Shown here: one piece after another, positions 52,850 through 64,000 of the stretch
How the letters are laid out: every line of letters begins with the position of its first letter
Numbering within the stretch: position 1 is the first letter of the stretch
NCBI GenBank assembly: GCA_965112155.1
Contig: OZ218102.1
Reading direction: 5' to 3' (one strand)
Length of the DNA stretch: 64,000 nucleotides
Source of the DNA: Podarcis liolepis
Lineage: Eukaryota
Notes under the pieces: model-generated
What the model saw: the letters and a program-made list of their open reading frames with translations, nothing else
Databases searched by the model: none
What the model was told of the DNA's origin: nothing
Program-made: the position numbers and the translations under genes

Positions 52850-55194
52850 TCATATGGATAACTATTTGATAACTTGGATTCAGAACAAGAGGCAAAACTT
52901 CTCAGGCACAAAGATCAAAGACAAAGAGGTGCGATTCACTATGCTCTTTAATGCCAATGAGGCTGGTGGGCACCCCTTAAAAAACTACGCCAATGACTCT
53001 GGAAACATTCCAGTTTCAAGTATCTACTATTATGCGCAACAGAAACTGCTGAGTGGTCTGAGCACAGTTATCAAAACCATAACTATATTATCAAAACTAC
53101 AGAGTTGAAATGGCCAATTTTCTATGAAACAAAATCAAATATTAAAAACAAACAAACAATCGGACTGAAAATTTTTCTATGAAGCATTTATTATTGTTTT
53201 ACTATTAATAATATTATCTGCTTTTGAAGTATGGGAAATGAGTTCCAAATATGTCAGCATCGACGCTCACCACTTCAAATACAAAATACATCTATTTCCA
53301 TATTCATATTTTCTCCCCCCCCCCATAGGATTATGGTTTTTTTGTAACTCATCATGAAGGTCTGCCAAGTTTATATCATGTCAATATTGGCTAACTGTTT
53401 AAAGAATGAGAGGATTTTTTTGTTTTACATTTGGAAGTTGTAGATTAGTTAAGTTGTGCCAAGTGACTGAAGCAGCAAATTCCATAGTAGACAAATACTA
53501 CAGAAATAAACAAAACGGGGGAGGGGGAGAATAATTTTAACAGGATGCTATATTTATTTAGGTCTAAATCCCATGAATGAATATCCAGATGTGATATTCG
53601 AAAACAGCAAGTTGGCGTCATTCAGCACTTGTTCATAAACGTAGGCCAGTTTTTCCCAAACTTTATTCTTTCAAAATATAAAAATAAAATGTTCCTTTCC
53701 TTGTTTAACCTGAACAGCATACTTGTAGAATATGTAAGAGTTAAAATGACTCACTCTCAGAGGAGCCCCCCCCCCCACTCCCTGTGTTTCTGCATGAGTC
53801 ACTGATCTGGGTATGTCTCCTGGTGGGAAAGAAGCAAGGCCAGAGCAGTGACTCAAGCACAGGCAGATTGGAGGCCCTTCTGAGGGTGGGTAATTCTGCT
53901 GCCATCTCTGCATTGCAGATGAATGAGTTTCTCCATTAGAGAGAGAGAGTGCCATCCAAAGTAGAGGTTCATTGAAAGGATGTTAAGCCACAGCAGTAAA
54001 TCATGCAGAGATGCAGTGAGCTCTCTGCTCTGTGGGTTGGTTATCGAGGGCTTTAATTAAAGAGCCTTTAATTATTTAATTAATTTTGACAACGCTTGCT
54101 GTACTCTTGCTGTGTGCTGGCATATTACATGGGAATGAACACCTTAGGCAGCTGGCAGCCGTTGTTATCCCTTGTCCAATTGCGTTTTGTTTAGATTTTT
54201 GTTCATCTGTTCTTGTGGTATGCTTTGCTCCTTTGCAACACATACGCACCTACGGCTGTACACCAACAGAAGTCAATATACTCATGGGAAACACACCAGT
54301 CTGCATTGTCAGGGGGCAGCTAGAATACTTCCACTCACGAGGAAACTATATTTGGGTACAGCTGCATGCCTGATGATAGATCCATCAGGCTTGGGCTCTT
54401 ACTTACAAAGAGAGAAACTTGGCTAGCCTGCCATTTGAAGTGGCAAACTTGGGGGAACAATTTATTGTATTGTCTTTCCAGAGATCACATGAAAGACAGT
54501 ACCCATTCAATGTGGCAAATAAAGAAACTATTTTATGAAAACCCAGAAAAATCTCTAATCAGGAATATCAAATTGAATTTGTTTGAATGCACCGGCTCTA
54601 TCAGGTGTCTCCCTGGATAGATCCAGAAAATAGCATACATTGCTATTTCCCTTTGGAATAATTGTTCTATTGTCCTGTGTTCAATAAGATATCCGAACAC
54701 ACGAAGTAATATTTACTATTATTGTTATTTCATTGCTATATTACTATTTATCATGCAGTTCCTTTGGCATTAGTTGTAATACTCTGCACAGCAGAGTGCA
54801 ACAAACACTTCCCAATAATTAAAAACAAATCAGTAGATTACTTGATTGTAAATAAAGGCAGAATTTTACCCTTGAGTTCCACGTTGTGTTGCTATGGTAC
54901 AACGTGTTTTGAGTTCTTGAGTGAAACACCTTTGATTGCAGTGGAGATCGACGTTCCTAGTTTGCAAACAAAAGCTGGATTTGACTGCCAATTTTTAAAT
55001 ACATTATTTTTTCTGAAGGGAAAATTGCTTCAGATATAATAATTATTTTGTATTAAGAGAATAAATGTTTAAAAATCCCCAGTCCCTAAGCTGCATTCAT
55101 TCAAATTTCAACTATTTGTGCATTTTATTACATTAAATGACTGAGGACCATAGGCCATTTGGGCCATCTGTATAGCTTGTTTCATGTGTATTAC

Positions 55195-56557
<1,363 letters not shown>

Positions 56558-59500
56558 CTGTGTGTAAACAACAACAACAACAAAAACTCAGGATTTAAAG
56601 TAATTTTTTCTGTTCCTCCTCCCCACACCCCATTCAGTCCCACCCAGCTGCTTTAAACTGAGCATCTGAAGTCTCTTACACTTTTAGAAAACTTACTTAA
56701 GAGTTCATTCCTAAACATGTTTACTCAGAAATAAGACCCACTGAGTTCAATGGAATTTATATCCTTGTATATGCAACTATGGCTGCAACCAACATTCCTA
56801 TGTGCATACACTTAAGAGTAAGCCCCATTTAACACAGTCTGTTGATTTGAATGGGTCTGTTCTGAGTATGACCAACAATGGACAGCACCAAGGCCTTAAA
56901 CATGTATAGGGGCTGCATTGTTAGTCAGACATCTGAAAGGATGAGTCTGAGTGCAGATTGCATGTAAAAAAACCAAAATTGTCCCAACCACCAAAACAAG
57001 GAATTCAGTTAGGCAAATATACTAAGAAGCAGAAAATGAAAATCCCCACATTTCTTTCCCTTTTTAAAAAAATCAACATTAGTATCATATTGCTTTATTG
57101 TTCATCATATTTGACAGCCTTGAGTATTTATATGCATTGGCCAGGATCCAGAAAAATCCATGTGCATGCACCTGAAACCCCTGTCCTTCCGATTCAGCAG
57201 TCCCCTACTTGCAAGTTGAGAAGAGATACAAAAACGTTACATGCAAGCCAATCTTTTGCACATACATGGAGTTCTGGATTATGGTCACTGCTTTATAGTA
57301 CAATGATCTTTAGAGACATAAGACATAATTGCAGAAGATAATACCATATTGACCCTTGCATATGCATGAATAACACTTGCATATGCATAAGTAACTTGAC
57401 CCCGTGGTTTGCTCCATTATTTTGATTGCACAAGCATATAAAGTTACTTTTATCTAAGAAAGTCTGAACAGAAGTTACCACAGGTTTAGTGCTTTTGATA
57501 TATACTGCTATATATATACTGCATAACCATGATAGCTATACTGGTCTGATTTCAGAAATAAGGTACTGTGGTTGTATATGTGCACCATGAACAAAGAATA
57601 CATTTTCTAAGCTAATTTCTACAGTTGGAACAATTCCTGTGGTCATTTACTAAAACAAATCTGCATTCAGAACAAATGTGTGCTCTTGGCAGGGCCTTGC
57701 CAACACAGGCATGTGGTAAGTTTTCTTCAAAATCAGGGCAAATGCAAGGAGGACCTGCAACAAAGCATTGCTGTTTGTGGCATGCTGCCGTAAAAGATTT
57801 CAGTCCTTCCATTCTCCTTCCAGTTTTGTGTCTTCCTCGGTTGTTACTTAGCATTCCATGGTCACCGAGCACAGCTAGTAGGCTTTGGGCTGTTGGGAGG
57901 GGTCCCCTCCCACTTAGGGTTTCCCCCTAAAACACAACAAAAAACATACTTCTGAAAACCTTAAGAGTTCCTGGCTGATTCCTCCCTTTTGTATGGGAAT
58001 ATAATTGGCACACACAGCCTGAAATTTTAAAATAGATGAGCCTGCAATAAAATGTTGCAGCATGGGGTGTTGCAGTCAGTCATCCAGGATTATACTGTTC
58101 CATTTCCCCTCCAACTCGGTTTTCTATCTCCTTTACTCCAACAAATCAGTCAGTATTCCATGGCCCCTGAACATGTTCAATTTTCACTGAGCTTATTGAG
58201 GGTTCCCCCCCCCCGGTCAAGGTTTTCTGTCCTTCTGCAAAACTTAAGGTTCTTCCAGGCTTGCTGACACTTCCCTCCTGGGTGTGGATTTTGCCACTTT
58301 GGCTATATACCACCACTCTAAACTCTAAATAGTGGGTATGGTTATTATCCTTGTGCATTAAAACTCAGCTTCCTCCAGTAAAGAAGAGTTGAACAGTTTA
58401 ACTTTTGCTCAGTTTGTGTTATATCACAGGCTCTTGCCCTTCACACATCAAAGCCATACAACAATGCATATTGTGCATTCTCAGACCTTCTTAACAATTA
58501 TTTTAGTGGTTTCAGACAGGCTGACATAATTTACAATGGCTCTATTTTAAGCCTGCAAAGGAAACTGAATTGAATGTATCCCATCCTGCACTCTTGGTTC
58601 CCATGAACTATAATCACGTCCTCTGACTTCCATGTACACCGTGGCTGATGCTAACCTTCCTGCTCTTATAAAGCTTATCCTTGAGAACCTGCCCGCTTGT
58701 TGTCTGTCTTAAATGTTTACCCTGTAGCTATCTGTTCCCATCACAACAACAAAGACTTCCATTGTCTGAGAAGGCCCTGATTCCACCTGCCTGGCTCAGA
58801 TGAGTTGCCTTGCTGATATCTATCAGACAACAGCTAGAGTAACAGTTGCAGGGTTGGGTGCAAGCCAAAGAAATGTACAATTCAGGAAGAATGTTATTGC
58901 TCTGTATCAGCCAGGGTTCCTGTAAGATACCTTTCATTCATAAGGAATGCTGCAGCCAAAAAAAAATGTATTAACAACAAAAATTACTCACATGAGAACA
59001 GTAGCAGGTTTAATTTGATCTTTCTAAGTGTGAGGGATTTTCCCTTTATTTGGAGAAAATATCACACAGATTGGAGAAACATTTGGAATTTTTTCTAAAT
59101 TAAATTCTTCGATCCGTCAATTTAATTTGGAGTATTTATTGCTTTTAAAGGCCAATGCAGATGGCATTCCTCTATCGCAGTGTTCAGGACTTCTAATAGT
59201 GAAGTTGCTATTGATTTGTAAGGTATCCAACTTGCAATCCTATAAATCTTATTATTATTGAACTTAATGGGGCTTGCTTCTGAACAGAATTGTATGGGAT
59301 TGCACAGTAAAGAAATGCACAGGTTCTTAACTGGTCTGAAGGCACATGGTACAGTTGCATTGCTGAAATTTACTAAACAGATCTTGGCCAGGTGAGAGAC
59401 TTTGAGCTCTTGTAGAAAAGACAGAATACAAATTTAACAAAGAAAAAATAGATTTGATATGCAAGCAGGAAGACTTCTACTATATACAGAGTTACTCATT

Positions 59501-62500
59501 TGTTCCCTTTCTTAAAGATAATAGGCTGGCACTTATTTACACATGAAAATACATCAGAGATATACAAATATAAAATGGCTTTCATGCCTAGCAATCTGAG
59601 ACACAGCTGACATAGTGGTTAAAATTTAAAACTAAGCAGACAACAATACTACCAGTTGAGATGAGTAGGTCTTAATGGCCTTCACAACAAGGCAAGATTA
59701 ACTGGCATTACATTCACTTTTAAAATTATAGCCGAAATCATTAATGAATGCATTAAACTGCAGCACACTAATACATTGATACAATGGAGAGAGGATAGGA
59801 GACCCCTTGCAGATTCCATTACGTAACCTATATTGTATCAGTAGCCATAAATGTTCAAGATCTGCATCATGGCCCCAATTCAGGTTGGCCTCATCTCCTG
59901 ATTCAGCAGTTATGTCTGGGATGATAGCAAGAGGCAGAATGAGGAAACAAGTACACCAAATCACTTTGCGCTATAAGTAATTCCTTCCCTCATTTGGCAG
60001 TTCTCTCTGCAACTATAAAAAGAACTGTCCTAATCTCCAGCTTGGAGCATAAAGGCTTCACCATTCACTTCCATGGAACAGGGCAGCTTTCTACACAATG
60101 CTATTTGCACAAACGGAACCCTCTCTCCAATTACAATGGATGGAAAAGGTCTTATGGCCCAGAACCCTGACACTCAGAATAAGTTTGGGTAGTAGGATTG
60201 TGCATTGCCACCACTAGTCAGGTGATGCTTTCAGTAGTTCATCACAGAGATAATCCTAAATTTATATTGACAGAATTGTTGGGTTTTGGTTAAATTAGTG
60301 AATGATGTGGCTGCGCATAACGTTAGGACTGGAAACCAACTATTTAAAACAGAAGAACGGTTTGGGTGGATCAAACTAAGTCTCTCAAGGCTGCAGTAGC
60401 GAATTAAATGCCTCAGGAAACTCACAGGAAAGGTTGTGATGGTAATGGTCATTCATTATTGTTTGCCTTCAATCTATGGTAATCAGAAGCTCACAATAAC
60501 GGAGAGTGTAAAAGAAAACATAGGATGCATTCATTTCAATTCTTGTGACAAAGACAGTGTTGAAATGGAGATGAACATATTTTTGTGCAAGTAAATAGAA
60601 TGAAAGCGCTTTAAAATTTGTCGTGGGTGGAAAAGGATTGCCTAATGCATGGTAGAATGTGAAGAGACCAATAAGCTTCATTCTTAGTGTAGCACTCCAA
60701 CCCTGCCAGTCCCTTTAACTTCAATATACATTTTTACTTTAAACCAAGCCAAGTCAAGCTATTACAGGAGTGGATCTACAGTGAGACATTTTCTCTTCCA
60801 CCTTGATAAACCCTTATATTCTATAACATTACATTCTTATATTCTATAACCTTACATTTGCTTTAAATTTCCAAGCCAGGGGTCTTATTTCCCAGCCTCT
60901 ATGTTTTCAACACTGTCTTGACGCTGTACTCATCTAACCATTGCAATCCTTCCCACACCAGATACCAAATACATTATAATCCATCAATGACTTAAGCATT
61001 TAGGACCAAGAAATTAGCTAGAAGTGAAGTTCGCATATTTTCTGCTTATTAAACACATGACTGTTAAGTGCTATTTTTAATGCATTGCTGTCTATTCCAA
61101 CATGTGGTTTCTATTTGAGCAAGCTGGAGGTTTTATGAAGGCAGGCAGTGTGTAATTACCTTTGTGTTGGTGAGTTGGTGTTGGTGAGTTTGCTCCCAAG
61201 CCAGGGCGGCATACTGTAACGAGAGACAGTTGCCATAAACAGACTGAGAAGGTACAGCATGGTGTGTGGCCTTTTTGCTGGGAATCAGATATCTCTGCTC
61301 TAGGTGACCCTCTACCCCCAGCCACAAGCGCTCAGAAAATCCTACCCTGACATGTGATCTTTAAATTCTTTTGTTCTGTAATTACACGGCAATTATTCAT
61401 AATTGTCCTATGGTTTTTTCTGTCCATCATCCTTTGCATTTGAAAAATCACAGTTGCTCTTTTGGTTACACTAGCAATTGCTGATTAATGAAAAAAGCAG
61501 GGAAGAAGCATTTTCCATGTGATTTAATTTGAAAAGAATGGCAGAGCATCTGAATTTTCTTTTAAAGAAAAGAAAAGAAAAAAGGAACTGGAGCCGCAGG
61601 GTATGAATGGTCCCTATATGGCTGGAAGCTATTGTTCACTAATTATTTTATTTTCACTAATATTAAAAAGACAGCCCTGTGATGTCAGGCAAGGGAACAC
61701 AAATCTTTAAACAACGGTCATAACTGGGTCTGGTTAATTATGTTTTCGCTTGCTTAAATAAGTTGAAGCACAAATATATAAAAATATCAACCATTCCAGG
61801 AGCAGGACCACAGCCCTCCGAGGGATTCTTTTAAGCCATTAAAAATCATGTTGATATATTATTGAGACTCAAGGCTCACACAGATTCATTCAACTGCTCC
61901 CTTGATGAATGTATGGAGTATGTTCTCGTACACTGAAGAAGTTAATTCGAGAGCTACAGGAAGCTGGTCGTTGGTTCTCAAGAGTTTGAACCGCAAGTCC
62001 CCATGGGCTGATATGAAATTGCAGGTTGGCCCCTCTCTCCATTAAACTGGCTTCCTGTTTGACCCCACACCTTCATGCTGTGTGTATCTGGATTCTGTGG
62101 CCCAGTAGTGCAATATAGCAAGCTTAAAAATTCTGTTAACTGATCCTTCCTTGGAAGCTCTTTGTACATTCAATAGAAAGTAAAACCACATTCTGCTGTT
62201 CGACCTGATGTCAGAACAAGAGGGGTAAGGCATGGAATTAGGAAGGATTCACATAACATTAAAAGTGATCTGAACTTCCCACCGTGAGAGATGCAAGTCT
62301 TGGAATAAAGACATGCCACTTGCCTCGCCATTGGGTAGGTAGGCAAGATCGTTTCATCAAAACATGGATTAAAAAGAAAGAAAGATGCTCAAGTCAGTCA
62401 TCCATTCCTAGTTTTCTTTTAACATCTTAAACTGCTTGCCCCTCACATTCAGATAATCTATATTTCAATCTGCTTTCAAAGTCATGAGAACTGAGCCACA

Positions 62501-63347
62501 GACATGAAGTAGTTAATAATTTAGAATTAAGTAGTTAATTAAAAAAACTACATAATTCTCAATTATTAACTACTCGATGTCTATGTCTCATGTCAAATTA
62601 ATCAGCAGATTAATTTGCTAACCCACAGATTAAAAATTGGCTATTTAATTACAATTACTAACATCATAATGATATTGATGACAGTGGGGCAGAAGGAAGA
62701 TCTGTATTTATTTTCCATTTTTATGCTGTTTTTTTATCCAAAGGGCTCTCAAGACAGCTTGATATAGCAATCATAAGAACTCCCTGTGTGCCGCGATTTA
62801 CTTAATTTTAATTAGAGCAATCTCCTGAGGAAACAGTGCGTAGTGTTGGCATCACTGTGTCAAATTATTGCTGAGCTTCTACTAATCTTCATGCAGTGCC
62901 TTAAGGTATCTTCCTGAATAGCATGCAGTTGGTTGATTTGGGCAGCCATGAGATCTAACTTTAAATGTAACAGCTGTGTTTATAGCGCTCTTGCTAAAGT
63001 TGATCAATAGGATAGGGCAGCACATAGACTTTCCAATTGAAAATGTTTTAGTGGAATAGAAGCCTGCAGTCAAAACATTGGCTGCTTGTTTCAAATCAAT
63101 ATGTAAAATGCTATTCAGACTCTCCACCAACAGACTTATTAGACCTGTTGTCCCCCCGTAGGGTGGCCAAATCAAATGAAACAATAACAATAAAATACAC
63201 ATCTAGTACAATTCTCCTATCAGGCTCTACACTGGTAATATGTACCCTTGGTTCCCTGGCCCACAGTTCCCAGCCCAATTTTTTCCCCTTGGCTCCTCTT
63301 TCCTTCATTTACATATCTCATTCACCCAGTGTTTGAGTGCCCCACTT

Positions 63348-63459
63348 CCTCGGTTGATAGAGCATGAGACTCTTAATATCATGGTTGTGGGTTCGAGCCC
63401 TACATTGGGCAAAAAAAATCCTGCATTGCAGGGGGTTGGACTTAGATGACCCTCATGGT
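63348..63459 (+). mobile_element. tRNA(Lys)-derived SINE (same family as 32007), interrupted
   Basis: gatagagcatgagactcttaat...ggttcgagccc head. Tail broken at 63460; remnant resumes ~63709. Confidence 0.8.
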
Positions 63460-63708
63460 CAGTGTGGTGTAGTGGTTAAGAGCGGTAGTCACGTAATCTG
63501 GGTAACCGGGTTCGCGTCTCCGCTCCTCCACATGCAGCTGCTGGGTGACCTTGGGCCAGTCACACTTCTGTGAAGTCTCTCAGCCCCACTCACCTCACAG
63601 AGTGTTTGTTGTGGGGGAGGAAGGGAAAGGAGATTGTTAGCCGCTTTGAGACTCCTGAAGGGGAGTGAAAGGCGGGATATCAAATCCAAACTCTTCTTCT
63701 TCTTCTTC
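63460..63708 (+). mobile_element. Squam3-like tRNA SINE with L2-type tail and (CTT)n end
   Basis: cagtgtggtgtagtggttaagagc A-box, gggttcgcgtctcc B-box-like, tail ccgctttgagactcc...ggcgggatat, (CTT)6. Confidence 0.8.
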
Positions 63709-64000
63709 AATTATGATTCTTTGATTCCTTTAGCCACTCTCCTTCAGAATTCCTATCCCTCCATAGCATACAGCCTTTCCTGATTTGCACACCTTTGTGT
63801 TTCTTCAGAGCTCACTCTTTCTTGTGCCCTTCTTGACTTAGTGCCCTTTTGTCCCTTTTCTTCAGGACTTCTCCATCTTCTCTTTCTTCAGCTTGCTTAG
63901 CTCTTGGCCTCCTGTCCTTTCTTCCCTATGTCCTGAGACCTCTTCCAAGGATGTTTTCTTCCCCTCACCAATGCTGGAGTGCAAAATGCTTTGTTCCCTG

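Noticed and set aside
57612-57872. Minus-strand ORF containing VGKALPRAHICSEC, reminiscent of the MECOM ZF4-5 linker HVGARAHACPEC
   Set aside because: Lacks GKTFATSSGLKQHKHIH and the upstream finger, and I found no fitting splice sites. Chance similarity; the true exon must lie beyond 64000.

Overview
Eukaryotic (squamate reptile, most likely a lacertid lizard judging by its SINE/LINE repertoire) genomic DNA. It contains the 3' part of MECOM (EVI1/PRDM3) on the minus strand. Ten coding exons with canonical GT-AG boundaries and consistent phases were reconstructed: 56557-55195, 52805-52718, the 27-nt FQLPDQRTW microexon 44234-44208, 33735-33569, 30476-30399, 26667-26498, 25295-25166, 21987-21760, 21354-21168 and 19399-19265. 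They are followed by a ~1.6 kb 3' UTR. The upstream exons (PR domain, ZF1-5) lie beyond the right edge. Positions 1-17.6 kb are intergenic. Introns and flank carry L2 and CR1 LINE fragments, a BovB 3' end, tRNA-derived SINEs, about nine hAT MITEs with 8-bp TSDs and four Tc1/mariner (Tigger-like) MITEs. Nearly all entries in the supplied ORF track are spurious or are read-throughs of these exons. I did not find a convincing wholly new biological system. The best leads are: (i) loss of two phospho-regulatory sites characterised in human EVI1 (S858/S860 SQS and S436-P), (ii) two N-runs that exactly replace conserved coding sequence, (iii) a tandem hairpin and clusters of AP-1, homeodomain and POU motifs in introns, and (iv) nested transposon insertions whose order can be read. 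Human comparisons rely on my recall of the 1051-aa EVI1 sequence and should be confirmed by alignment.
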